Shown piece by piece: positions 51,201 through 62,830 of a stretch of DNA of 64,000 nt (position 1 is the stretch's first letter; each line of letters starts with the position of its first letter). A model generated the notes under the pieces. It saw nothing but the letters and a program-made list of their open reading frames with translations, did no database searches and was not told the origin of the DNA. The stretch is from NCBI GenBank assembly GCA_964106915.2, contig OZ066927.1; one strand, 5' to 3'. This DNA is from Podarcis gaigeae (taxonomy: Eukaryota). Position numbers and translations under genes: made by a program.

Positions 51201-52941
51201 TGAGTAGGCATGTATAGGATTGCATTGTAAATTTATCTATACTGGGGAGGTAAAATAATTGGGAGCTGAGTCCTGTGGAATGGAGTACGATGAAATACTT
51301 CCACCTTTTCCTCTCTGTATCCATACTGAATGAACTCTGATTTCAGTAAGCAGCACTGTATAGTGCTAAAGTTAGGGGGCTAAGTGGCACTGGTACACTC
51401 AAAATATAAAACAATAATTATCATAAGTCTTTCTTTTTCAGCAAATAACAAATGTATCATGGCAGGAGCTTTCATGGACCACTGTTCAATCCAGATGCAT
51501 GAAGTTTTTATCCCAGGTTGTAAGTAAATGTGCGTGGCATGATATATTTGTTTACAGACATATACACATGTTAGGTAGGTGGAGTGTAAACAGTGAGATT
51601 AAATGGAAAAACTAAAACCAGATTTTCCACATTTCATTTCCCTCTGATTTCACTGTTTACAATAAGCACCTGATAAATTTTGGGGTAATACTAATATTAA
51701 CAGTCTTCCAACATTTATAACAGGCCTCTGTCTCCTCAGAAGTAATCCTCTCTGGGCTCTAGAGGACTTACTCTCAAGGACTGAAGTCTTATTTTACTAA
51801 TCCTGAGGGAAAGAAGAAACATTACAACTTCTATAATGAAAGGAGAGTCAAGCCCAAATTCTTAAAGAAGGAAAGTAGCCAATGGAGGTGGCAGGAACAG
51901 AAGCTTGCATAATCTCCCCTCTTTCTTCCAAATGTCCTCACCAGCTGCTACTTCTGACAACAGAACAAGGGGGCAACAAAATATATTATTTGGGGGACAA
52001 GTTGGTGATGGTAACCCACCTTCCCCTTCCATGTTGTCCTCTGCTCAGTTTTCAAAAATTAATTTGATAAACGCACTCACTGACATGATCTTTCTGATGT
52101 TTGGCGGCACTTCATCTTCAAGTCCACCAAGCCTACCCCTCTCTCTCAACTCACAAACCTTTCAGGCAAAGCAATAAAAATATTATAAAAGCAAGCTATA
52201 GCCTGCCACACTCACACTCTTAATGTAGCTCCTCTGCTCTCTGAATGAATAAAAGATAAAGATTGGGAAATGCTGTAAACTGGATTGGTTGGAGGCATTG
52301 ATTGGGACCACCCTTTCTCTACGGTATATTGCTCTGTCCTGAAGGCCTGCTGAATGTTGGGAGGGAGGGTTAATAGAGGGGTGCTCCATCCCATTGCCCT
52401 CCCTCAGGTTTTTCTGTGTATGAAGGAAAGAGCTGACATGGGGGGAATTGTCCCCACCACAGCAAACAGGGGTGAGACCTAGCAACACATCATATAGCGA
52501 TTGTTCAATGGATGCATGCATGCTGAGGCTTGTAGCTGCCTGGCCTTCAGAGGAAGACTGAAAATGGAGTCCAGAGAGACTGAGAGAGTAATTTGGTGAA
52601 GGCCGGGTGGGGGCAAAGAGTGGAGCTCTGATGGGGGCAATCATCATAATCTAAAGTGAAATCCCCCTTGAGAGATGGATTAATGTGTGTTGCAGGGAGA
52701 ATAACAGAGACTGGGTTCTTCTGGCTTTAAGAGTTCTGGAATTATTGGGAGAGCAATGCTCCACTTGTGCAAACTCACCGTCATCCCCAACACTCTAAAC
52801 TAGAAGAACAAAGCAGAAGCAGAGCTTAGAATTTGACTGGGGTTTGGAGTCTTGCTCTGAAAATGAACAAGCCAAGATGAGTTCCACTTCTCTGGACAGG
52901 CAAGAAAATGCCGTGACCTAAATTTACCAACCCACCATATA

Positions 52942-53183
52942 CAGTGGTACCTTGGGTTAAGAACTTAATTTGTTCTGAAGGTCCGTTCTTAACCTGAAAC
53001 TGTTCTTAACCTGAGGTACCACTTTAGCTAATGGGGCCTCCCACTGCTGCCACACCACCACCGCCCAATCTCTGTTCTCATCCTGAAGCAAAGTTCTTAA
53101 CCTGAGGTACTATTTCTGGGTTAGAGAAGTCGGTAACCTGAAGCATCTGTAACCTGAAGCATCTGTAACCCGAGGTACCACTG
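52942..53183. mobile_element. Tigger-like MITE, family A
   Basis: TA|CAGTGGTACC ... GGTACCACTG|TA. Confidence 0.85.
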
Positions 53184-54533
53184 TATATCAATGTCTATAA
53201 ACATTTTGAATAAATCTGCATAGTTTAGCCACTTATTTGTAGTTCAGTCAACAGCTAAAAGTGGTTACCATGGATGCAGTTCACAGTTGTACCCACGCAT
53301 CAGTGCTGAGAAACTGAACAAGTAGGTGGCTACAGGATATCTGAACCCTGATAGCACAAAGAGGCTGGATTTTTTCTGCAGCAATAAGTTCTACTGCACC
53401 CATAAATCATAGGTTAGAATAAATTATCTTAATATTTATGCTCTCTCCAGGTTACATAAGTTTCCCAGTAATGACAAGCAGCGTAATAGCAAATGCCACA
53501 CAGACGTTCTACCATGGCAGGCATCATTGCTCAGTCATTTTGTGTTTATAAAGCACCTACAATAAGCTGTACAATAATAACTAGGTAAAATGGTAACCAA
53601 GACCTTGCCCACCTATTTATCATAAAAGTGTTCAGAAGACAGCACCAAATGAAGCTTTCTGTTTTTTAACATGAAACAAAAGCTTCAACTATTTTAACTA
53701 GTCTTAGACCCCACATACGGAAACCTAATACATACTCATCTGTACTGTAATCCAAACCAAGGCTATTAACATATCTAAAAGCACGCCTAACAGAAATGTT
53801 ACACAGCCTCTAGATTGAGTTCAAAGCATTTCCCTGGGTTATCCATTCCAATGAATAATAATAATAATAATTTATTTGTACCCTGTCGATCTGACTGGGT
53901 TGCTCCAGCCACTCTGGGAGGCTTCCAAAGTATATCAAAACATAATAAAACATTTAAAAGCTTCCCTTTACATAATAATAACAATAATTTATTATTATGA
54001 GCAGATGACCACCTTGAAAGGAGGCTCCCACTGCAGTTCCCTAACATTTTCTCGATCTGCATGTGGGTTGGTAGCTGTTCAAGGTACAGCTGAGTTTACA
54101 TTTGCAAGGTCTGTGCCATAAACAGCTTTATAAAAACAAACACAGTCACTTTGAACTAATCCCAGAAGTTAATACGGAACCAATGTAATGCTGCAACACT
54201 GGTAGGACCAATTTCCTCTTCCCAGTATCAGTTAGGTAGGGCAGGATGCAGCATTTTGCACCAGGTGTTCCAAACCACGCACAGGCAAACTCAGCCCTCC
54301 AGATGTTTTGGGACTACAACTTCCATCATCCCTAGCTAACACGATTAGTGGTCAGGGGTGATGGGAATCCCAAAACATCTGGAGGGCCGAGTTTGCCTAT
54401 GCCTGTTCCAAACCATTTTCAATAGTAACTCCACGTTAACAACAATGTAGCAGTCAATCCTATAAATTGCACAATGAATAAAGACTATTGCAAACAAAAT
54501 GTCACAAAGATAAGAAAGATTCAAGATTCAGTA

Positions 54534-54775
54534 CAGTGGTACCTCGGGTTACATACACTTCAGGTTACATACGCTTCAAGTTACAGACTCCGCTAACCCA
54601 AAAATATTACCTCGGGTTAAGAACTTTGCTTCAGGATGAGAACAGAAATCATGCTCCGGCGGTGTATTGGCAGCAGGAGGCCCCATTAGCTAAAGTGGTG
54701 CTTCAGGTTAAGAACAGTTTCAGGTTAAGAACGGACCTCTGGAACAAATTAAGCACTTAACCCGAGGTACCACTA
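54534..54775. mobile_element. Tigger-like MITE, family A
   Basis: TA|CAGTGGTACCTCGGGTT ... AACCCGAGGTACCACTA|TA. Confidence 0.85.
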
Positions 54776-55279
54776 TACAAAGAAACCTCTACGTGGCACA
54801 TACCCTGCACACACACCCCAACACCTCTGTCACTGCTGGATTCACTTTCACTATCCCCTCAAAAATAGCTACCAGGCATTAGTTTAGAACTGGCACCACT
54901 ATTCTAACTTGTACTTTAAAAATGACAAATTGAACTTAAGTGAGTTATTGAATGATCCTGAATTCTAAATCGCCAGTGCCTCTATATAGATACTGAACAA
55001 CAAAATCACCTTTCTGAAATGTGCTGGATTCTATTAAAGACAACTAATTTAAGTATAAATATCTGTCATTTTCAGCTACCAGGTGTATACTGCAGGCAGA
55101 AGTTTGGAAGTTTGCAAATCACATGGGAAGAACGCCCTTATTGCACAAGTAGAGCAGGTAAGTCTAAGTGACATCAATCCCATAAATGAGCATGGCTCCA
55201 GTAATTTATGAACCTAACATGTTTGATAAATCAACACTAGTACCACACACTGCTAAAAGAATTTAGTCACATTCCAGTA

Positions 55280-55489
55280 GAGCGGTACCTTGGTTTGCAA
55301 CCGCTTTGGTTTACAACCGTTTTCTATTACAACCACGTCAAACCCGGAAGTGTGTGTCCCTTTTTTTGGATTACAACCAATTTTTTGGAGGGAGGCCCCA
55401 TTGCCGAAAACATGCCTTGGGTTACAACCTGTTTTGGTTTACAACCAGACCTCCAGAACGAATTATGGTTGTAAACCAAGGTACCACTG
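55280..55489. mobile_element. Tigger-like MITE
   Basis: GGTACCTTGGTTT ... AAACCAAGGTACCACTG|TA. Confidence 0.7.
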
Positions 55490-57399
55490 TAATATCAATG
55501 ATGCTAACTCCTAGATCTGTACTTAAATGTCAGGCTACCAGAATAAAAATTGCTAAAATTTTATTTTTGCTTGTGTCTGTGAAATTTGCTCTATTTCTGA
55601 ATCATGCAGCCTTCAGTTTTAATAACAATTTTTTAAAAAATCTATTCTACAGCTTTCTAACAGGAAGACAGTGACCATTTTAGGAGCACCCAATGTTTGT
55701 AGCTGCTCACGCACACATTGCATCAAACCCGGAAGTGACCCAAAAACATTACAAAAAGAGGTGGAACAGGTTGGGGCGTTTGCAGGCTTTTTCAATGGTG
55801 TTTCAAATATACACAATGTGTGGTGCCTTGGAACGAAACCCTGCATAAATTGGGAGTTTTCTGTAGCTGCAGAGTGACAGGTCACCCACGGTAGTGGAGA
55901 TCGAAACATCTTCTGGTAATATACTTCATATACCACATATAAGATTCACTCAGGTCCTAACAAAGAATTAAACAAACTTGCTGCTCCCCCCCCCCGAAAT
56001 AAACAAGTTGTATTTTATAAATAATGTAGTGCAGAAGCATATGCAGGCATTCCATCTGCACTACAATAAGACAGCCAAACTTTAAGCATGACTTGAGAGA
56101 CTGATTTAACAAGACCTAGTTTCAAGTAACTATGTTTAAGATTACCTCTGGTTTTCAGCTGCATATTTTTAACAAACACAGAGTACACTAGTATAATTTT
56201 GGCACATATCTTGGCATCCTTGGACACCATATGAATCTTGCACACATGGTAGTATCAACTGGACAAACACCAAATAAACTATTTTTAAAAAAATTACAAG
56301 CTAATACAATCCGAACAGCAAATTATTTTTCTTCATACAAACAATCCTCTTTCAGCCCCACAACTAGTAAAATGCAGAAACAAGGCATATTAAGAAGCAC
56401 AGCAACAGATCAACATTAGTTTAAATCTCCACATAAAGGGTAATAACAATAAACTGCTGCATTTTGTCTATGGAATCATCAAGGCTTAGAGAAGAAAAAT
56501 AATATGCTCAACAGGCCCATAGCAGAAAGAAAGCAGAAAAACTTCCAAGTTCCTTTAATGGAGTCACATCCTTACTCTTCCTAAATTGTTTAGCTTGGCT
56601 TCCTACACAGAGGAGCAAAAGGCTGCATGCTCCGGATATGAAGGATATGAAGTATCCAACACCCACAGAGCATTTCAAAATTGCCAGAAACTTGACTCAT
56701 AAACACTATGGGTGTGACCCCCAACAGGTTTAAAGAAAAAAAGACAAACCATGTTTTCCACACCATGTGCAGCTAGCCAGTGGAAGTGTGTTTCACGGGA
56801 TTTGTGCGTCACAACCCTGTATCAGAAGTATCCTTTTAAAAAAGACTGACAACCAAACATGATTTCCTAATCTTTGGCAGCATTATTTTGTATGGTGCTC
56901 CTTAATTTACCAATACCGCCCCAATATGACCAAATCTTGTAGACAAAAGGCTGACCTAGACAGACCATTGGCCTGAACCCCTAATAGCAATTTGGTCTCC
57001 TTTGACGGTAGGAAGCATCATAGCAGCAGCACTATTGTCTTCTCCAAAGGCAGAGCTGGTGGGAGGGCAAAACCTGGAAGCTAGGAAACTAGGCTTTCTC
57101 ACACACACGCGCGCGAACTTTTTGATCAAATACCCCTTAGGAGCCAGTCCTTCGTGGTGAGCAGCAGCTCAGCATTTTGCTAGAGTACATCGAGTTAAGG
57201 CAAATACAATAATCACCATTATTATTCTGAAAACAGGTTGCAGCGGAAAAACAACACACACACAAAGAACCCTGGAAACACCTGCGCAAAAGCTCCTGCA
57301 TGGCTGAAAAGGCTCCGTTCTTCAGCATGGAGGGAAAAGGCGAAACTCTGCTCCAGGCATCCCCCCCCCAAAAAAAACGGGGCACACGCAGCCTCCACT

Positions 57400-58110
57400 T
57401 TGGGCAACCTCAGCGTATGCGCTTCACGCCAGGCGCGCCAAGTGTTATCAGGTAGGCGAGGCCTGGGCAAGTCAGAACATGCCTGAGCCGAGGGAGCGCC
57501 CCCCTCCCCAAATCCCCCCTTCCTCTCGCCCTGCCTCGCAACGGCAGGCCCCGTCGACCGCCGTTAATGGCACAGAGAGACGCCCCCCGCGCCGCCCTCC
57601 TCGGAGGTAAAGCAGCAGCCTGAGGCGCCTCTGCGCTGAGGGAAAAGTCAACGCCGCAAACGAGCGCTATAGACCGCCGGTACCCGCCCTGACCTCCTAC
57701 CGTCCTGAGGAAAGGCCGCTTCTCCCGGGGTAGGGGGTGGGGGTAGGGGGGGCGCGGGAGGGGGCGCGTACCCCGAGCCACTGCCCCCTCCTTCGTCGAA
57801 GCACTCTCAGGAGGGGGGGGGAGAGCGGGACACCCCGGAAGCTCTTGCTGCGGGCTCACGCCCTACGCCCAGCCAGCGCCCTATCGGAGGGAAGCCAGCC
57901 GGCCCGAGGCGCCGTCACAAAAACTGCTTCCGGGTCGCGGGCTCCGCGGACGCGCCTTAGCAACCGCGTTCGGTTACCAAGCGGAAGCTGGAGGGGATTT
58001 TATGGTGAGAGGGGGGTCACGTGACTCAGAGGGGGAGGAGTTGCCGCCGCCCTGCCCCCCGCGGAGCAGCCGCTGATTGTGAGGATGTGGAGACACGTGG
58101 ATTAAAAGGA
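57400..58110 (-). promoter_or_regulatory. CSNK1G1: CSNK1G1 CpG-island promoter and non-coding exon 1 (candidate donor ACG|GTAGGA, exon end 57701; TSS roughly 57900-57950)
   Basis: The only unique-sequence CpG island upstream of exon 2; ETS CCGGAAG at ~57927-57933; palindromic GTCACGTGAC at 58016-58025. Confidence 0.7.
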
Positions 58111-58276
58111 ACCGGAGGGGTGAAGGCGACGCATTCGTTCCAGAGAAGTAGCCAAGTTAATGTTTCCAACAAAAGGTTGGCTGGAAGCAGAACTGCTATG
58201 TCTACTCTAGTGCAAGCCCCCATTCAGTTCAGATCCCTGGCCTGCTCCTGGGAAAGTAGGCATAGGGTTGCAGCCA

Positions 58277-58975
58277 ATAATAATAATAATACATTTTATT
58301 TATACCCGCCCTTCCCAGCCAAGGCCAGGCTCAGGGCGGCTAACAAGCAATAATAAAAACAGGTTGAATGAATACAACTTAAAAACAAGCTTAAAACACA
58401 TTTAAACATTAAAATGCAGCCTCATCGCAGCAGGAGAAAAAAGAAAGAGGGGGAGGGAATCAAATTGACTCCAAGCCAAAGGCCAGGCGGAACAACTCTG
58501 TCTTACAGGCCCTGCGGAAAGAAATCAGATCCTGCAGGGCCCTGGTCTCATGAGACAGAGCGTTCCACCAGGCCGGTGGCTCTAGTTGAGGCTAATCTAA
58601 CTTCCTTACGGCCCGGGACCACTAGGGTGTTGCTATTTATGGACCTTAAGGTCCTCCCTGGGGCATACCAGGAGAGGCGGTCCCGTAGGTACGAGGGTCC
58701 TAGGCTGTGAAGGGCTTTAAAGGTCAAAAGCAGCACCTTAAATATGACCCTGTACTCCACCAGTGCAGCTGGAAAAGCACTGGGTGAATATGCTTCCATG
58801 GCAGAGACTCCATGAGGAGCCTCGCTGCAGCATTCTGCACCTGCTGGAGTTTCTGGGACAGCTTCAAGGGCAGCCCCGCGTAGAGCGAATTACAGTAGTC
58901 AAGCCTGGAGGTGACCATTGCATGGATCACTGTGGCCAGGGCGGTGTGGGAAAGGTAAGGGACCAACTGCTTGAA
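58277..58975 (-). mobile_element. L2-type LINE 3' fragment
   Basis: YLSHTALATVIHAMVTSRLDYCNSLYAGLPLKLSQKLQQVQNAAARLL and YRVIFKVLLLTFKALHSLGPSYLRDRL; microsatellite tail at 58277-58291. Confidence 0.88.
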
Positions 58976-59281
58976 GCTCCCCCGCCTGCGTGCTTCATCA
59001 CCTTTGTCATTCCTTCCCAATCTTCCCCTTCCTCATTGAAGGCAATGCCAGCTGCCCTCTTGAACAGACTTGAAGAGTTGGAAGGGACCCGCTGCCATGC
59101 AGGAAACTCAGCTAAAGCACCCATGACAGAGGGCCGCCCAGCTCCGCTTAAAAACTTTAAGCAGAGTTCATTCACAACCTCCCAAGGGGGACTGTCCCAC
59201 TTAGCTGTGGATTTATCTCTGACTCTTCTTTCTGCTTGAAGATCAGAAGAATCTTTATTTGCATCAGTCACTAGCCGTAGC

Positions 59282-59419
59282 CAATGCTTTTTTCTGGGGG
59301 GGATGCATACCCCTAAACATTCTGTGAACCAAATTTGGCCTCATTGAGTGGCAGTATTTCAATATGTGTAGAAGAATGAGAGTACCCCTAAACATTTTTT
59401 TAGGGAGGGAAAAGCACTG
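59282..59419. mobile_element. Small hAT MITE (138 bp)
   Basis: TIRs CAATGCTTTT / AAAAGCACTG; TSD GCCGTAGC / GCCGCAGC. Confidence 0.75.
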
Positions 59420-60118
59420 GCCGCAGCAATAAGATAAAACATACTGAAGATAGAAATAAAAACCTTAACTATACAAAATACATTTTGGAGGCTTACATCA
59501 ATAATCAAATCATTTTATTACTTATTACACTTATTTACCACCTTTTTTTCCAGAGAGCTCAAAGTAGTATATTTTCCTCCCCAGCTCATCCTCACGAGCC
59601 TGTGAGGTAGGTTGGGGTGGTGACTGGCAGAAGGTCACCCTGTGAGTTTCATGGCTGAGTGGGGATTCAAACCTTGGTCTCCCAGGTCATGGTCCAACAC
59701 ACTAACAATTTCAATACACTGGCTCTCAAAAATACATTCTCTGTCCCTTTGGCAAAGGCCCCGCGGTCACTGCTCATTTCTCACCTAGTGTGAGCTGTTC
59801 TTTTCTATCTTCTATCCCCCATGCCTATCCAGCTTTCTGCTGCCATAATCAGGGGCGCCGACTTATAAAAAATATTGGGGGGCCCATACTGGGGTCCTGC
59901 CCTGGGAAGTTTTCTAAGATCCGCTCCCGGCCCGTTGCTGCTGCTGCCACCCGCCTCGTGGCCCCCTCGCCAGCTGAGGGAGGGAGAGAGACCGAGAAGG
60001 AGAGAGATGCGTGGTGGGCAAGGCAAGTGCCCGCCGCGCCTCGCCTCCCACCGCCCCTCGTGCCGGCCGCCCCCTCCCCTCCCTTCCCCGCCCGCACTCG
60101 CTCGCTCGCCCTCCTCAC

Positions 60119-60227
60119 CCCAGCTCTTGGCCGTTCGCCCCAGGAACTCGCCGCTGTTGGGGTTGTAGATGAACCTCCGCCACTCGGCCATAGACTGGCT
60201 GAAGGGCTTCTCCTCCTCCTTGGCCAT
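60119..60227 (-). pseudogene. ATP1B3: Captured orphan copy of Na,K-ATPase beta-3 coding exon 1; intron-1 sequence extends to ~59920 and 5'UTR to ~60455
   Basis: [37 protein letters not shown]|GTGAG: 109 nt, phase 1, matching the ATP1B3 N-terminus ([22 protein letters not shown]). I found no further ATP1B exons downstream. Confidence 0.9.

Positions 60228-60230
<3 letters not shown>

Positions 60231-60265
<35 letters not shown>
60231..60265. repeat. (GA)n/(TC)n microsatellite immediately 5' of the captured ATG
   Basis: Direct reading. Confidence 0.95.
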
Positions 60266-60270
<5 letters not shown>

Positions 60271-60582
60271 CTGGAAAGAGAGAGGGAGCTCGGCGGTTCG
60301 CGGGCGGCGGTTTTTCCCCTGCCGAAACAACAGCGGCTCCTCAGAACCGCTAAGTAACTCTCCCTCAGGCGCCCGGCGGGAGAGCAGAAGAGAGGAAAAG
60401 GAAAGAGGGGCTGGGCCAGTCGCACGCACCGAGCAAAACTACTCGCGCCGCCTCTTTTACTACCGTAATAATTATTTGTTTTAACTCATTACTGAATGTA
60501 TTTTAAAAGGTAACTATCATCAAACAAGGAAAATAAAAAATACCAACATAATTTTGTGATTTTACAAAGCATAATATAACTA

Positions 60583-61900
60583 CCGTATTTTTCGCTCTAT
60601 AACACGCACCTGACCATAACACGCACATCGTTTTTAGAGGAGGAAAACAAGGGGAAAAAACATTCTGAATGAAACAGTGGATGTATCATTTTTGTGCTTC
60701 ATGCTGTGGCCACAGACATGTGATCTGATGGTGAATTTGGGGTGACCCAATGCAAAAATCCTGAGGATCCATGTGGATCCATGTTTTGTAACCACGTTTT
60801 TGCACCATTGCAGCCCCAGGCAACAGTGGGTGCGTGATTTTGGGGGGGCAGGCTGTAGCCATGGACATGCTATGTGCTCTGATGGTGAATTTGGGCTGAC
60901 CCAATGCAAAGATCCTGAGGATCCATGTGGATCCATGTTTTGTAACCACGTTTTTGCACCATTGCAGCCCCAGGCAACAGTGGGTGCGTGATTTTTGGGG
61001 GGCAGGCTGTAGCCATGGACATGCTATGTGCTCTGATGGTGAATTTGGGCTGACCCAATGCAAAGATCCTGAGGATCCATGTGGATCCATGTTTTGTAAC
61101 CACGTTTTTGCACCACTGCAGCCCCAGGCAACAGTGGGTGCGTGATTTTGGGGGGGCAGGCTGTAGCCATGGACATGCTATGTGCTCTGATGGTGAATTT
61201 GGGCTGACCCAATGCAAAGATCCTGAGGATCCATGTGGATCCATGTTTTGTAACCACGTTTTTGCACCATTGCAGCCCCAGGGAACAGTGGGTGCGTGAT
61301 TTTGGGGGGGCAGGCTGTAGCCATGGACATGCTATGTGCTCTGATGGGGAATTTGGGCTGACCCAATGCAAAGATTCTGAGGATCCATGTGGATCCATGC
61401 TTTTTAACCACATTTTTGCACCATTGCAGCCCCAGGCAACAGTGGGTGCGTGATTTTTGGGGGGCAGGCTGTAGCCATGGACATGCTATGTGATCTGATG
61501 GGGAATTTGGGCTGACCCAATGCAAAGATCCTGAGGATCCATGTGGATCCATGCTTTTTAACCACATTTTAAGTGGGGAGGGAAGGAAAAACACAGAAGG
61601 GACACGGAGCAGGAGAGGGGTGTGCAGAGAAGCAGCTGGCTAAGAATGCAGGAGAGGGGTATAACAGGAGGAGGGAGGAAAGGAAGGCAAAAGTTTTCCC
61701 TCACCTACCCACCCAAGTCAGCCAGCTCGTGCGCTCTCTCTCGCTCTCCCTCCTGCACGGAGCACAGAGACACACTCTGCTTTCCCTCTGCCTGGAGGGG
61801 AGGGGCTTTCCCTGCTCTTTGTTCCGTTTGAGCAAACACAGCAAGGAAACAGAGCAGGGTGGGCAGTAAGACCCTGAGGCAGAATGCCGGAAAAATACGG
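60583..61900. mobile_element. TcMar-Tc2-like element nested in the Pack-hAT
   Basis: TA|CCGTATTTTTCGCTCTATAA ... GAAAAATACGG|TA; left end similar to the 39777-40037 family. Confidence 0.8.
60718..61570. repeat. 154-bp tandem repeat array, about 5.5 near-identical copies
   Basis: Repeating ORFs start at 60773, 60927, 61081 and 61235 (154-bp period); each unit contains GGATCCATGTGGATCC. Confidence 0.95.
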
Positions 61901-62085
61901 TAATAATTTTCTTAAATTATTGGGGGGCGGAGCCCCCCCAAACGAATTTTTGAGGGGGCTCGGGCCCCCTCAGGCCCCATGGAGTCGGCGCCTATGGCCA
62001 TAATCAATCATGACACCCCTGCTTAGATCCCTACACTGGTTCTCCTCTCCCTCCTGCTTCAAGGTGCATCACAGCCAACCTAAGC

Positions 62086-62086
62086 C

Positions 62087-62132
<46 letters not shown>
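62086..62132. repeat. (CTAT)n microsatellite
   Basis: Direct reading. Confidence 0.95.
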
Positions 62133-62830
62133 TGTTGTAAATAAAAACTGACCTTTTCCCTTATCGGGTATCCAAGAGCCCATATAGAGTCCTTACATAG
62201 GTTCCCTATTGGTAGGAGAGAATAACAGAGGCCAACCAGAGAATATTGAGAAGCAAAGCAGCTAGTAAGCTTGATCTTTATTGATCTGTTGCAACAGGGT
62301 GCTCCCCTCACCTGCAGGAGAGAGGAGGGACCCAGAAAAAGGGAGCGCAAGGCCTTATAAAGACTTTTGAAATTGCCACCCTGTAGATCAAGACCACCTC
62401 CAGAAACATCATACATACATCACAGAAGGGGTGTAACCTAAGACCACCCCCAAGATACATCATAACTACATCACAGAAAAGGCAGTCTAAAACAGAAATT
62501 TGAATATTGTTTTTCTCCTGTTGTTGTTTATCTCCTGTCTGGCAGGTTACTTGATTGGATTGCCTGGGGAGCCTGGCCATTCTTTTGTAGTGATAAATAC
62601 TTAGTTCCTGGGACAGGTCACAGGCTCACACCCTATTCATATCTTAAATGTGTCCTTAAGACAGGATTTGTGAGGAAAGAGGCAATGGGGAGGTTTCCCA
62701 CTTTCACCTTGCAGAGAAAACATTTGGTCAGTTTGGTCAAAATGGTTCCAGGTCGGTCTTCCTGTGTTGATCTACGTACGTGCGGTTATGAACATTACCA
62801 TACATCTACACATACAAAATTCCTATCACA
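62133..62830 (-). mobile_element. Solo LTR (~700 bp) of an ERV or LTR retrotransposon
   Basis: TG...CA ends, each flanked by CTAT (4-bp TSD inside the microsatellite); minus-strand TATA-like TTTATAA at 62355-62361 followed by AATAAA at 62277-62282. Confidence 0.7.

Larger units (their letters stand above)
59850..61996. mobile_element. Non-autonomous hAT transposon carrying a captured host gene fragment (Pack-hAT)
   Basis: Left TIR CAGGGGCGCCGACT (59850-59863); right TIR AGTCGGCGCCTATG (61983-61996, 12/14 match); perfect 8-bp TSD GCCATAAT at 59842-59849 and 61997-62004; no transposase. Confidence 0.92.

Noticed and set aside
59805-60425. 206-aa ORF as a complete gene, or a full ATP1B3 locus
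   Set aside because: Homology stops exactly at the GTGAG donor; I found no downstream ATP1B exons; the segment lies inside TIRs and a TSD.
60634-61594. Repeated ORFs or a CRISPR-like array
   Set aside because: A pure 154-bp tandem repeat with no unique spacers; the period is not a multiple of 3; the DNA is eukaryotic.
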